64,000 bases of DNA, taken from assembly GCA_000002435.2 (NCBI GenBank), contig CM018791.1; one strand, written 5' to 3'. The DNA comes from Giardia intestinalis. Taxonomy: Eukaryota. Shown piece after piece: positions 1 through 11,236 of this stretch. The notes beneath the pieces were generated by a model. That model saw only the letters and a program-made list of their open reading frames with translations. It had not been told where the DNA came from and searched no databases. Made by a program: the position numbers and the translations under genes. Every line of letters begins with the position of its first letter. Positions within the stretch are counted from its first letter, which is position 1.

Positions 1-22
1 GCCGAAGAGACACTCTGTTTCG

Positions 23-1105
23 ATGCACGAGCCGCGAACAGAAGAGCCCTTTGAGGCTTACGACGGGTTCTTCATCCACACCGGGATCTCCTACGTTCCA
101 TGTTATGTCTCATCGTCCAGTGGTGCTTTACTTCTTCGCTTAGCTACTGACAGTTTTGTATTCTCAGTGCCATTCTTGGCCATAACTGGTATAGCCTGTG
201 ATGCAATTCAGCTCCCCGACACGTCTAAGCTGCTCTATATGTCACGCATAAGCTATTTGGACGAGGGCCAGAGCTTGCACAGTTACAATGCCTTAACGGT
301 GTATTCTCCCTCCAAGAGCTTATCGGAGCAACTAGTCAACTATTTAGTACGAGAAGCCAGGCTGATGTCGCGGGATCGCATTGAGACCCATCCTGCTCAC
401 ATGGGTCTAGACAACCTGGGCAGGGGAAGAAGCCAGTCCTATTCTCGGCCTTCTTTTAGTGGAAAACGATCCTATACAAACCCCGCATGGAAAGACGTTC
501 CATTCCCCTATCCTGATGGGCGCGAAATGTCTCTAGGAAGCATAGCTCCCTCAAACTTCGCCTCTGGAATCAATGTTCAAGCTTCTAGCCTGAAGACGCC
601 GGTAGAGTCTGCGCAAAAGTTTTGGCCGGAGCTTGTGGCTCGAAGACAGTCCTACATGCACGATTCATACTCTGCCTATAGCGGGAAGCAGTACGATACC
701 GAGCGAGACATGGGATTCTACTCCTTCACAACCAATGCTAGCATGTATGACCGCCCCATTTCTCAGTCTGAGAATCTTCGCATGGCGACAGGAACGCAGG
801 CCTCGAATCTCCTCAGCTTTGGACAGGGTTGCACTGGCGCCGCACACCTCGCCACACATTCTAGCTCGCCTAAAAGGAGCTCTCAGATGCAGTCGGACAC
901 TGCGAGCGTTTTCCAGCAGAGCGGCTACGCGAATCCGTCGAGCCAAACCGAGCCGTCCAAGAAGCTGGACGGAATCACGGAAAAGTCCCTGAACAGCATC
1001 TGCAACGAGTACGAACGGGTGATCGAACAGCAGAACGAGCTGGTGACAAACCTCTGGGGGATCGTTGGGGAGCTCAACAGGCGCTTGAGGGAGAAGGGCG
1101 AGTAA
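23..1105 (+). CDS. Hypothetical protein, 360 aa, S/Y-rich with a short C-terminal coiled coil. The frame is open back to the window edge, so the 5' end may be partial.
   Basis: ATG at 23-25 and TAA at 1103-1105. No stop lies upstream in this frame back to position 2. AGTAAAC overlaps the stop codon. Confidence 0.5.
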   Translation: MHEPRTEEPFEAYDGFFIHTGISYVPCYVSSSSGALLLRLATDSFVFSVPFLAITGIACDAIQLPDTSKLLYMSRISYLDEGQSLHSYNALTVYSPSKSLSEQLVNYLVREARLMSRDRIETHPAHMGLDNLGRGRSQSYSRPSFSGKRSYTNPAWKDVPFPYPDGREMSLGSIAPSNFASGINVQASSLKTPVESAQKFWPELVARRQSYMHDSYSAYSGKQYDTERDMGFYSFTTNASMYDRPISQSENLRMATGTQASNLLSFGQGCTGAAHLATHSSSPKRSSQMQSDTASVFQQSGYANPSSQTEPSKKLDGITEKSLNSICNEYERVIEQQNELVTNLWGIVGELNRRLREKGE

Positions 1106-1108
1106 ACG

Positions 1109-1180
1109 GGGGACCACCGGGGATCGAACCCGGGACCTCTCGCACCCAAAGCGAGAATCATACCACTAGACCATGGTCCC
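1109..1180 (-). tRNA. tRNA-Pro: tRNA-Pro, anticodon TGG
   Basis: The reverse complement reads GGGACCATGGTCTAGTGGTATGATTCTCGCTTTGGGTGCGAGAGGTCCCGGGTTCGATCCCCGGTGGTCCCC. It has a 7-bp acceptor stem (GGGACCA/TGGTCCC) and an anticodon stem CTCGC/GCGAG with loop TTTGGGT, giving anticodon TGG. The body is nearly identical to canonical eukaryotic tRNA-Pro. Confidence 0.85.
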
Positions 1181-1251
1181 ATACGCGCGGAAAAATCCAC
1201 ACAATAAATATTATATGTGTGTTTGCCTGTTCAGACGCGCGTCTCGGTCGT

Positions 1252-2649
1252 TTACTTTCTGCGCGCTCCCCGGCAGCGGCGGCCCGGGGGCTGCGCGCCC
1301 TCAAAGCCCGCGCTGAGCACTAGGCCCGGAAGCGACCGTCCGCGGCTCCGGACCCTGCGTCGGACTCTGCGCCGCCGTGGAGACTCTGTGCGAGATCGCG
1401 CAAGCTCGCCTGGGAGAAGCGCAGGTTCTTGGGTTTCCTCAGACGTAGAAGCGCTTCCTGCGTCGGCTGTATAGATATCGTTCCGCGCTTTTTCCAAGCT
1501 GTGTACACCCTTCTGTGCAGCAACGGGCTTCTCTGTTTCCACGTCGGAACCAAAGTCGAAATCTGCCTCTGCTTCTGCCACGGCGGCCAAAATAGAGTGG
1601 AACACCTCTGCAGACTGGTGACTGATCCGGTCTGTGATCTTCATGCTCTGAATATCAACGGAGGGCTTATGCTTCTCAAAGTCTCTGGCATTTGGATCTA
1701 GGTAGGTAGCCTCGTTTGCAAAGGAAACCTCGTGTGGCCGCCTGAGGAGCCGAGGATGAGGTTGAAGCATAGAATTGAGCTCAGGATAGGCTTCTCTAAC
1801 GACTGGTAGCATGGCGATCTCAAGCACTGATGGCCTGTTCGCTGGATTAAGACTCAAGCACTTCAGAAGGAGGAGCCTGATATCCGTTGGACAGCTCCTT
1901 GAGTATATACTGACGCCTCGTCGAAGCTCCCTAGGAGCAAACTGCGGAGGCTGCAATATGCAAAGAGAGTATAGTACACACCCGAGACACCAAACATCCA
2001 CTGCTTCTGTATATTCAGCGTCAGGGCCTTGGAGTTCTGGGGCAAGGAACGACGGGTATCTATTCTTTTTCCCAAACAGCGGGCGAATATAGTAAAGACC
2101 ATAGTCTGAAAGCATCACAGTTCCATGAGAGTCAAAAAGTATATTAGAAGGCGTAAGGGAACCATGCAAGAGATATGTCATTTCGCCATAGTCATCCGAG
2201 GCTCCTGTTGAACCGTAAAGCTGAAGCAACCCTGCAACAACCTGGGCAAATAGCTTCCAAATGCTCAACGGGCTGAAGGGCGTGGTGCTAGATCGGCGTT
2301 CGTACAGCAGCGTTTCCAGGCTGCCGCCTACACAATAAGGATGTGTGATTTCATAGGTTGCATGCGAGGCATAGTACTGCAGAGAAGAAATCTCTAAGAT
2401 GTTCGGCCCTGAGGCCTTGGTTATCCGCATCAATATTGCATGTACACCGGCAGCATCAAATCTCCGCAAACCTGTTACAGGATACTTCTTAATTACAATA
2501 TCGGGTAGGCCCCGGGTATTAAATTCTATGATTGCAGAACCTGCATCTAAGGTGGCGGGGGACTCCTTGTAGACCTCAGCTACGTCCTCGAGAGCGGCCA
2601 TAGAAGGAACGGTTAGCTCAGAGAAAGATAGGTCTGCACAGTAGTCCAT
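1252..2649 (-). CDS. NEK-like protein kinase-fold protein, predicted catalytically inactive, with an arginine-rich C-terminal tail
   Basis: Kinase subdomains are visible (…LLHGSLTPSNILFDSHGTVMLSDYGLYY…APELQ…DVWCLGCVLYSL…). HGSL replaces HRD, so the catalytic Asp is lost. The tail RRRRVRRRVRSRGRS is encoded by a GC-rich stretch. ATG is at 2647-2649. Confidence 0.7.
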   Translation of the reverse strand: MDYCADLSFSELTVPSMAALEDVAEVYKESPATLDAGSAIIEFNTRGLPDIVIKKYPVTGLRRFDAAGVHAILMRITKASGPNILEISSLQYYASHATYEITHPYCVGGSLETLLYERRSSTTPFSPLSIWKLFAQVVAGLLQLYGSTGASDDYGEMTYLLHGSLTPSNILFDSHGTVMLSDYGLYYIRPLFGKKNRYPSFLAPELQGPDAEYTEAVDVWCLGCVLYSLCILQPPQFAPRELRRGVSIYSRSCPTDIRLLLLKCLSLNPANRPSVLEIAMLPVVREAYPELNSMLQPHPRLLRRPHEVSFANEATYLDPNARDFEKHKPSVDIQSMKITDRISHQSAEVFHSILAAVAEAEADFDFGSDVETEKPVAAQKGVHSLEKARNDIYTADAGSASTSEETQEPALLPGELARSRTESPRRRRVRRRVRSRGRSLPGLVLSAGFEGAQPPGRRCRGARRK

Positions 2650-2802
2650 GTGGTTCTCCAGCTAGAGCTGTACGAGCTGGTTCTCTAGTGTGATTCAAGG
2701 CGCAGCCCTCCAAGGCCCTCTGTTGCTAAAAGAAATACTAAGTAAAAAGGGACATTTCACTTAAAAGTTGGTCGTTTGCTCCTGTATCGGTTTTGCAGGT
2801 GT

Positions 2803-5706
2803 ATGTTATGCCCAGCACTGGCAGAGGAGTTCTATATAGGACGCACGCTTGGACAAGGGTCCTACGGCGCCGTCAGGGTTCTCAAAGACAAGGTTACCTC
2901 GACTGTTGTTCTGTGCAAAGAATTTAACCTTTCTGATCTCGATGATGCTGCGTTTTCCTCTCTAATGTATGACCTTTCTCTAGCATCTCATCTTGAGTAC
3001 CAGTTTTTGCTTCACTACGAACGTCTCATTATATATGATGAAGGGAGTACTCTCTTTGCTATTAGTTCGCAGATTGGGGCCTACAATCTGGCCGACTTAA
3101 TTAGCAAACACCAGTGTGCCAAAATGTCCATTCCAGAAGCATGCATTTTAACCATCCTGCGGTCGGTGGCCCAGGCCTTGGCCTTTCTTCACAAGGAAGC
3201 ACGGCCGCTCCTCTTTGCCCGAATTGGGGGTGAATACACCGAGACCCCTGTTCTGCACAATGATTTAAAGCCGAGCAACGTTCTTGTAATGAGCAATAAT
3301 CAGTTGCTGGTTACAGATTATGGCACCGCTAGGTCATATAAGTTAAAAAGATTGGCATCCACGTTTAGCAGCTCTTTGCCGTATATCGCACCCGAGATTC
3401 TGCATAAAAAAGAGCCCACAGAGGCTTCCGACGTCTGGTCTCTCGGGTGTCTTATTTACGAGCTTTGCACACTCAAAAGGTTTGTGGAGCGGGCCAACAC
3501 TGTCTCTGAAGCAAGTTCCTTTATAGCTAGTCTTAAGGACGTTACCATTCCGAAATCTTATTCAAAGCACCTTGCCAAGTTAATCAAGCACATGCTTTCT
3601 ATCAACGCAGACGACAGGCCTAGCGTCGATGACATTCTCAAAGACAAGCTGCTAGAGTCTGCCAAGCCCAGCATCCATCTGGAGCACTTGACAGGAAGCA
3701 TGACCGCCAGCTACAAGACCGCCAGCATACCCAATATAACGGCCAGACTGGACATAGAACCTTGTAATATTATCACTGCTTCTTCCTCTACCTTTGGGGA
3801 TTCCTCTCTCTATCCGTCAGGGGGCGGTGTTGATCTGTCCTCCGGGCGAGGGAGTCGCATGGGTAGCAGGTCAAGCAGCACGGCAATGGGAAGAAGAAAT
3901 GTAAAGTCAACTAAGATCACTCGGTCATTGGCTTCATCGCTAGCCTTTAACAGAAGCCTGCTGGCATCATCAGCCCGATCCCATATTGGCAGCGGAATAG
4001 ATCCTCAAGATCTCAATACTAATACTATCAGCTCTCCAAACTTTTACGCACTTGCTGATACTGATGTTGGAGAGTCTGCAACGGGATGTGCGAGCAGCGT
4101 TCATGAAACTCAGCGCACACCGAGCGCAGCAATGGCAGACTCCTCACTTGCTTATTTGCGATTGCTGAAGAAGAATGTTTGTTCAGAGGCATCTAATAGG
4201 CTCACATCTCAAAAGCCATATAGACTCCGGGGTTCTTTGGAGGGTGATAAGAACGCCGCAGAAAACACCCCTACTGGCATTGCTGGACTGTCAGCAGGTC
4301 GCTCTGTCAGCCTCCGAGCTGCAGCATCAAAGCTAAGCGACGGGCCCTACTCTACGCCTGGGCCTGATACACGGATCTCCACTCGGCTTCCGGACTCCCT
4401 ACGCCGCTCGACATCCACTCATGTCAGTCTTTACGAAAACTGTACTAAAAATGATACAGAGCGCATCACCGATTTCATTTCAGAAAGCAAGTCAAAGCTT
4501 CAACTGTTGGATAGTATCTGTCTTTCAAGGCACACGCACACATCTGTGCAGCGCACATCATCCGCTGAGTCGAGACCCAACAACCAAACCATGGCAGTAA
4601 CCCCGATCTTTAGCGCAGGCCAGAGTTTTAGTTCTCCGTCATTTACTATAGACTTGAGCCATCCAGATAACATAAGGAAGGTCGCCAATGAGTTTACAAG
4701 CTCTATGATTGAAGTTTTGGTCCCGAATCAGCAGAGTCCTAGCCCACATATATTTCTTAACGACGGCCTTCCTCCAGTGTCTCCTACCAATCTCACTGCA
4801 TCCCACGGAAACGCTCGTCAACATATTGGTAGCAGGGAGGCAATGGGATCTGGAGTTAACATTATCCTTTCTAAGCCCATTGACTCAATGATGCCGGCTA
4901 CACCTCCAAACCAAGACAAGATACCTAAATGGAGAGGCTTTTCTAGGCGCAAAGCTATTGCTAAAGATGATAACAAGGCCACCTATAGCACAAATGAGCA
5001 AATTAGCAACGTGCTGATCAGTAAGCTGGGAAATAGCTTGATAGCGAAGAAATTGCACAATGCAGATCAGAAGAAGCGGGGAAGAACTCCTCAGCATGCT
5101 ACCTCCGACCAAAAAAGTAATCATAAAGAGATCAAGTGCCTTAATTCCGGGACACAATTCGATATCATCCCCAATGCAGCTCCAGCAATGGGACCAATGC
5201 CAATGCCAAGTGTGCCTACCATAACAGCCTGTCAAAGAAGAACACCAAAGCAAAAGACGCGCCTGATGCGTAGCCGAAGCAAAAGCATAGGTGGAAAACC
5301 TCAGAACAAGCCACATGAGTACACTCCCCCTGTACCCGCGCCTCCTCGGTTGTCCCTCCCTGCAGCAGATGATAAGTACGCACTAAGCGTTTTCCTAGGA
5401 GACAATAGCAACTTCAACATCGAAAGCAGCTCCTCGTCAAATATAGTCCCAGACTTTGCCTCTACTGTGCACACTCCGAAGAAGCTGCAGGTTCCTAAGG
5501 TACCTCAAATAACAGTCCAGAGGCGAGAGAAAATCCTGCAGAATACAGCTATGCCTACTGCCCCCACGGATAGCGTTCAGCATGAAGATGGAGTTAGAAA
5601 CCTGGCTACTCCGATTAAGAAGAGGACGTTTGTGCCCAGTCCACCCCCCTTGACTAAGCCACATTTACTGGAAAAGGGACGCAATCTCTACGGGCAATCT
5701 ACTTGA
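2803..5706 (+). CDS. NEK family serine/threonine kinase with a long S/T/P-rich C-terminal extension
   Basis: Motifs present: Gly-loop GQGSYGAV, the VAIK-equivalent Lys, HNDLKPSNVLV, DYGTARS, APEIL and DVWSLGCLIYEL. The track start at 2776 is a TTG; the first in-frame ATG is at 2803. Confidence 0.75.
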   Translation: MLCPALAEEFYIGRTLGQGSYGAVRVLKDKVTSTVVLCKEFNLSDLDDAAFSSLMYDLSLASHLEYQFLLHYERLIIYDEGSTLFAISSQIGAYNLADLISKHQCAKMSIPEACILTILRSVAQALAFLHKEARPLLFARIGGEYTETPVLHNDLKPSNVLVMSNNQLLVTDYGTARSYKLKRLASTFSSSLPYIAPEILHKKEPTEASDVWSLGCLIYELCTLKRFVERANTVSEASSFIASLKDVTIPKSYSKHLAKLIKHMLSINADDRPSVDDILKDKLLESAKPSIHLEHLTGSMTASYKTASIPNITARLDIEPCNIITASSSTFGDSSLYPSGGGVDLSSGRGSRMGSRSSSTAMGRRNVKSTKITRSLASSLAFNRSLLASSARSHIGSGIDPQDLNTNTISSPNFYALADTDVGESATGCASSVHETQRTPSAAMADSSLAYLRLLKKNVCSEASNRLTSQKPYRLRGSLEGDKNAAENTPTGIAGLSAGRSVSLRAAASKLSDGPYSTPGPDTRISTRLPDSLRRSTSTHVSLYENCTKNDTERITDFISESKSKLQLLDSICLSRHTHTSVQRTSSAESRPNNQTMAVTPIFSAGQSFSSPSFTIDLSHPDNIRKVANEFTSSMIEVLVPNQQSPSPHIFLNDGLPPVSPTNLTASHGNARQHIGSREAMGSGVNIILSKPIDSMMPATPPNQDKIPKWRGFSRRKAIAKDDNKATYSTNEQISNVLISKLGNSLIAKKLHNADQKKRGRTPQHATSDQKSNHKEIKCLNSGTQFDIIPNAAPAMGPMPMPSVPTITACQRRTPKQKTRLMRSRSKSIGGKPQNKPHEYTPPVPAPPRLSLPAADDKYALSVFLGDNSNFNIESSSSSNIVPDFASTVHTPKKLQVPKVPQITVQRREKILQNTAMPTAPTDSVQHEDGVRNLATPIKKRTFVPSPPPLTKPHLLEKGRNLYGQST

Positions 5707-6563
5707 ATTAATTAGTCTTGGATAGAAAGTACACAAGTTTTGTGGTTTATGAATGAGATTCACTACTACCTTTATATGTACTAACGTGGGCTGCTGCAAA
5801 GGCGCTTAGAAGGCAGCGGATATGCGTCAAAGTCTCCATCTGTGGAAATAATGATTGGCCCTTCTTGTTCTTATTGCATAGTATAGACTCACTTTGCACC
5901 TAGTGAAGACGATCCCACACAGCTAGAGTGCCTTATCTGTCACATACAAAGCATGGTTACAGATGTTGAACTTACTATGAAGAGACCAACCATTGACTGG
6001 CCACACAACTGACGAGACTATCCACTGCTAGTTCTCAGTCAGAGTTCTCCGTCAGCCGTTTGCAATATCTATCGTTGCTCGAAGGCGACTATCAAAAAGT
6101 GCACACCGGCAAGTCTTCCTGATGTTACGCCATTGAAGGTTGTATGCATGTTTTTCGCGACTAGTGTCATTGTAGAAGCCAGCAGTTGTTGTGGACGTTC
6201 TCAGAACGAAGTACTTTAGTTCACTGGGATGAAGATGCTCGAAGACCTATGCTTTAAACATTATTCAGTTCCAAAAATCTAACGAAAGATACAATCATTC
6301 TATTGAAAATATTAACTGTCTGATTACAATCAGCTATATACATGGCTCTAAGTGGACAAGTTCTGCGATGCTTCTAATTTCTTGACGCTAGGCTGTTGTG
6401 CTCAGCAAAGCAATTTTTCACAATCAATTTACCATAAGGCCACGAAGATTATAACTTCTTGGCAGTCACATCTTATTATAAGTTCTTTCACGCTCTAATA
6501 AAGTAAATATGGCCGAAATCAAATGGGAAAACACGGGAAATCGAATAAAAATCAAAAAACCAC

Positions 6564-7199
6564 ATGCCTGCGGCCAAGACCCGAACGATTAAGGTCACAA
6601 AGACGGATAAGGGGGGCCTACAGGAGCTCACCGTTGAAGAGCTAAAGGATCTATTCCAAGACTTTATTCCAGGAGACATTATGGACAGCGTCACCTTGCC
6701 CCCAGGTGAGGACCTTAACGAATGGCTAGCTGTCAATGTGTACGAGTTCTTCGAGTCCATACAGCTGATATACTCCACGTGCGAGAAGGTCTGCAATGAG
6801 AAGGCGATAACTTGCGTAGAGATGAATGCAGGAGAAAATTGCAAATATCTTTGGCAAGATGGTCGGGTGTACAAGAAGCCGACCCCCGTGACAGCACCCA
6901 TGTATATTACCCTTCTCTTCCAGTGGGTGCAGGGCCAGCTAGAGGACGAAGCAATCTTCCCCACAAGTCCCACGACCCCGCTGCCCAAAGAATTTCCAAA
7001 GATTGTTCGCAATATATTCCGTCGTCTTTTCAGAGTCTATGCTCATATATTCATGTGCCATTACGGGACACTCGTGGAAAAAAATATCGCACAAACTTTT
7101 AATACATGTCTCAAGCACTTTCTACTCTTCGTCCGGGAATTCCAACTTATCGAGGCCAACGAGCTTGAGCCATTGCGAATTATTCTGGACAAGATTTGA
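6564..7199 (+). CDS. Mob1/phocein family kinase-activator protein, 211 aa
   Basis: Mob1 signature LPPGEDLNEWLAVNVYEFF…LFRVYAHIFMCHY…HFLLFVREFQLI. AT-rich initiator aaaaaaccacATG. Confidence 0.85.
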   Translation: MPAAKTRTIKVTKTDKGGLQELTVEELKDLFQDFIPGDIMDSVTLPPGEDLNEWLAVNVYEFFESIQLIYSTCEKVCNEKAITCVEMNAGENCKYLWQDGRVYKKPTPVTAPMYITLLFQWVQGQLEDEAIFPTSPTTPLPKEFPKIVRNIFRRLFRVYAHIFMCHYGTLVEKNIAQTFNTCLKHFLLFVREFQLIEANELEPLRIILDKI

Positions 7200-7256
7200 T
7201 GTTTGCATTAATAAATATTGAATTTGATTTCGAACTTTATTTTCTGGATAGCGTAG

Positions 7257-8237
<981 letters not shown>

Positions 8238-8249
8238 TCTTCTTTTGGT

Positions 8250-8275
8250 AGTGAATTTGGCGTTGGATATTTACT
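8250..8275. promoter_or_regulatory. Paired polyadenylation signals for convergent genes: AGTGAAT (+, 8250-8256) for fba and AGTAAAT (-, 8269-8275) for the 909-aa gene, inside a 40-bp inter-stop gap
   Basis: Both match the Giardia AGTRAAY consensus and each lies within 15 nt of its own stop codon. Confidence 0.6.
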
Positions 8276-8277
8276 AC

Positions 8278-11007
8278 TTATGGTAGTACAGCCGTTTGGT
8301 GCGGGGCGGAGAACGTGTCGATAACCACCCCGGCGAAGTCACTACTTCGGTATGTGTCAGACAGGCCCGTGCTTGCAAGACTGCGGATGAGTAGGGACTG
8401 AGTTGCCCTGACTTCTTGCTCCAACTTTAGAAAGTCGTCATCTCGCTGGTCTCCCGTATCCATGTCGTACAGATATGAACTATTGGACATCAATGATCCA
8501 GAGGAGGCGAGGGGCTCCGGTGCACGAGATGCCTGTGGGACCACGAGCGATTCTTGGGCCAAAAATGTCACATGAGGGCCTGCAGGCGCTATTACAGCTG
8601 GCTTATTCTGCTCAAATACAGTTTGCGCAGGAGAAGCCGACATGGGTGTGTGAGATCCGCTGACCATCAAGGGGTGACCTGGAGCTGCCTCTACTGAGTC
8701 ACTCCGGGACGAGCTGGGTGATGGCAAGTAATCATCGTGTAGGGGTGTGTCGGTAGAATATGCTAGAGGAAGAAAAGTATTGACGGAGGGAGGCTTTGGT
8801 GGGATTGTTCCAGACTTGGCCACTGTAGACAAGGCCAACTTAAGGTGGGAGGTCCCTAGTTTTGAGGTTGTGAGCTTGGATGAAAGAGACGACTGATCTT
8901 CTGTGAGACTTATGCTACGATCTGTATATGTGTCTGATGTTGAGCTGACGCTTATGCTATAGTGCAGAGAAGGACGTAACTTGGATCCAGAATGAACAAT
9001 TGTCTGCACTGATGCAGGGCTGAGACTTGAACAGGTATCTTCTGGATGTGTGACACTGGCTAAAATAGCAGTACTCGAAACAGGCAAAGCCGAAACTTGG
9101 AGCGAGTCACTCTCAGCAGGCCTCGGTAACGGTGTATTGCACTTGTCTGGCAACTCTACTCTATCACTAGTAGACCTATTACCAAAGCGGATATCCTCTT
9201 CCGTTATCGAACTTGTTTTATCAGGTAAAGTAGAGATTAGTGAGATAGCAGCAGATGTGGTAGCGGATGTCATAGACTTTACGGCAGCCAAGTTGCGGCG
9301 CATTTCCATTATCTCTGCGTCCTTCTCCTTTATAATTTGCATTGCCTCCTCCCTTGTACGTGCAAGCTCAGCCTTCAACTCAGCTAAGTTTCCTGTTGTA
9401 TACTCCTTGATAAGGTCTGGAGATTCCGAAGTCTGCTGTTTGTTTGGGGCAAGAGTGGTTGGCGGCTTAGCATAAGATTCGGGAATCCCTGATGTGTCCA
9501 CAAGGGACACGCCTGGCAAAGTGTTACTAATGCTTGAAAAGCAATTTTCTATCATTTCCGGCGTGACGATGAGAGCTCCAAGATCTGAAGATGTCAAGGG
9601 AGTAGAGTACTTGTTCTCATGATCGTTAGTAGAGATCTCCGTAGAGCCCAGTTCAAGAAATGTTTCCATGGCATTTGAATTAATACTGAAAGGACTGGGA
9701 AATACTACTTTAACGGCTGAGTCATCAATATGCATCTTTTGGCTACTCTGATAATGTAGATTATTCGGGATAGCGCCTTCCTTTAATGATGACGCCCGCT
9801 GCTCACGATCTAGCTTCAGAGACCGTATCTCTTTACCAAGACGGGCAAGCTCTGCATCTCGTGCACTTATGTTCAGATTCATGTACCGCCTAATGGCAGA
9901 AATCTCATACTGTAATCGCTGGAGATATCCCTCGTCAATGGGAAAGTACTTCCCGGGATCTATTTTATTTATAAACAGATTGTCTAGATGCTCAATACTT
10001 GAAAAGTAATCTTCAACTGTTGGTAAGGGTAGATTGTCTATTTGCACAGTTGTACCTGGCTTCCACGGAAGTCTAGATAAAGATGCAGAGGGGGCTGCGC
10101 AATGCGAAACTTTGGGAAGGGAGGAGAGGATTTCCTGCTGTGGAACTGTTGGCGGAACTATAACTTCGTCTGGAAGCTCGCGAATTGGGGGCGGCCGCAG
10201 GTGTGCCTGCCCAGTGGAAAGTATTGACTGGAGTGACACGCTATGTGGACGCATAAACGTTGGCTCTGGTGTCTCAGTGTAAGGCCCAAGGGAATGGGTG
10301 ACTGTTGAGTGAACATCGCCCTGGCAAATCTCCTTAGCGCAAAACGTGGTCTGCAAGGGTGAGGCGCCAGAGGGACTTGCTTGTTTACCAGTTGGAGTAA
10401 GTGCATACGTAGATACAGTAACAGAAGGATGGGAAAGAGTGTCTGATTGCTGCTGATAAAGAAGAGGTTGCTTAGAGCCTAAAGACTCAGTGAATTCCCT
10501 TGTAGAAGAAATGTTGACACTACTTCTATGCCCACTTTTAGACAATGCAGTGTCAGGGAGATCAGTCTGCTTATCTGAATTCCCAGTGCTTCCAGTGCTT
10601 GAGTCAGAAACGCCGTCGAGGATAGCCTTCATGTTTCCCAGGGCTGCCACTGAATTTGCAGACGCAGATAGACTCAGTGTATGTTTTGCTTGCTCTACAT
10701 ATTTGGACATAGCTTGGCTGTCCGTAGAAATGAGACTGGCAAGCCTGGATACAGTATTGCAGTTAGACTCTAACTCACCAATAAGTACACTGCTAGAACG
10801 CTCCTGCCGCGTTTCTTTAACTAGTGGGGGAGCATAAGCAACAAGGCCATGAGACGTCAGGCCTGGCGCAGAGGAAAGCAGAGATGTGTTGAACTCCATG
10901 GGAGCGCGGGGCACCAGCTTCTTAGCTGTGTCGTAGTCTACATAAGAGATCTCAGATGCTGATGATAGGGTTCTTGTTAATGTATCAGCACCTTGTGCAT
11001 CATTCAT
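8278..11007 (-). CDS. Hypothetical protein, 909 aa, Ser/Thr-rich low complexity with a central coiled coil
   Basis: Long ORF with no overlapping alternative. ATG at 11005-11007. Coiled-coil segment …LAELKAELARTREEAMQIIKEKDAEIMEMRRNLAAVK…. Confidence 0.6.
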   Translation of the reverse strand: MNDAQGADTLTRTLSSASEISYVDYDTAKKLVPRAPMEFNTSLLSSAPGLTSHGLVAYAPPLVKETRQERSSSVLIGELESNCNTVSRLASLISTDSQAMSKYVEQAKHTLSLSASANSVAALGNMKAILDGVSDSSTGSTGNSDKQTDLPDTALSKSGHRSSVNISSTREFTESLGSKQPLLYQQQSDTLSHPSVTVSTYALTPTGKQASPSGASPLQTTFCAKEICQGDVHSTVTHSLGPYTETPEPTFMRPHSVSLQSILSTGQAHLRPPPIRELPDEVIVPPTVPQQEILSSLPKVSHCAAPSASLSRLPWKPGTTVQIDNLPLPTVEDYFSSIEHLDNLFINKIDPGKYFPIDEGYLQRLQYEISAIRRYMNLNISARDAELARLGKEIRSLKLDREQRASSLKEGAIPNNLHYQSSQKMHIDDSAVKVVFPSPFSINSNAMETFLELGSTEISTNDHENKYSTPLTSSDLGALIVTPEMIENCFSSISNTLPGVSLVDTSGIPESYAKPPTTLAPNKQQTSESPDLIKEYTTGNLAELKAELARTREEAMQIIKEKDAEIMEMRRNLAAVKSMTSATTSAAISLISTLPDKTSSITEEDIRFGNRSTSDRVELPDKCNTPLPRPAESDSLQVSALPVSSTAILASVTHPEDTCSSLSPASVQTIVHSGSKLRPSLHYSISVSSTSDTYTDRSISLTEDQSSLSSKLTTSKLGTSHLKLALSTVAKSGTIPPKPPSVNTFLPLAYSTDTPLHDDYLPSPSSSRSDSVEAAPGHPLMVSGSHTPMSASPAQTVFEQNKPAVIAPAGPHVTFLAQESLVVPQASRAPEPLASSGSLMSNSSYLYDMDTGDQRDDDFLKLEQEVRATQSLLIRSLASTGLSDTYRSSDFAGVVIDTFSAPHQTAVLP

Positions 11008-11236
11008 CTATGCTACGGCCACTCCAATTTTTTGTCGAATTTATCTCTTTTCTGTTGAATTTTTCTATCAATGATAGTTTAAGTAATGCCTAGCAAGTAA
11101 ACAGCTACATTCACTAGTTGCTACTGCATAGAAAGAAGCTGATTTCATAAAGAAACAGACTATTCACTGTTGTCGAGGCAATCAAACATATTGGATGGTA
11201 GGTCAACGTATGATTGCTCCAGTAAGTCATGTATAA

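Noticed and set aside
633-1200. Small ORFs nested in or antisense to larger genes, for example 633-992 (+), 665-1117 (-), 925-1200 (-), 6488-7012 (-), 7208-7621 (-), 54502-55533 (+) and 62343-63095 (+).
   Set aside because: They lie wholly inside stronger, motif-supported ORFs on the other strand or frame. Their composition is low-complexity. The antisense ORFs opposite the cysteine-rich genes are the expected by-product of GC-rich Cys-codon runs.
2776-2802. Track ORF starts at 2776, 28201, 29097, 15866, 40927 and 63863 as true translation starts.
   Set aside because: The underlying codons are TTG/GTG, not ATG, or, for 40927, the start would overlap the neighbouring gene. I moved the starts to the first in-frame ATG, or marked the VSP as running off the window.
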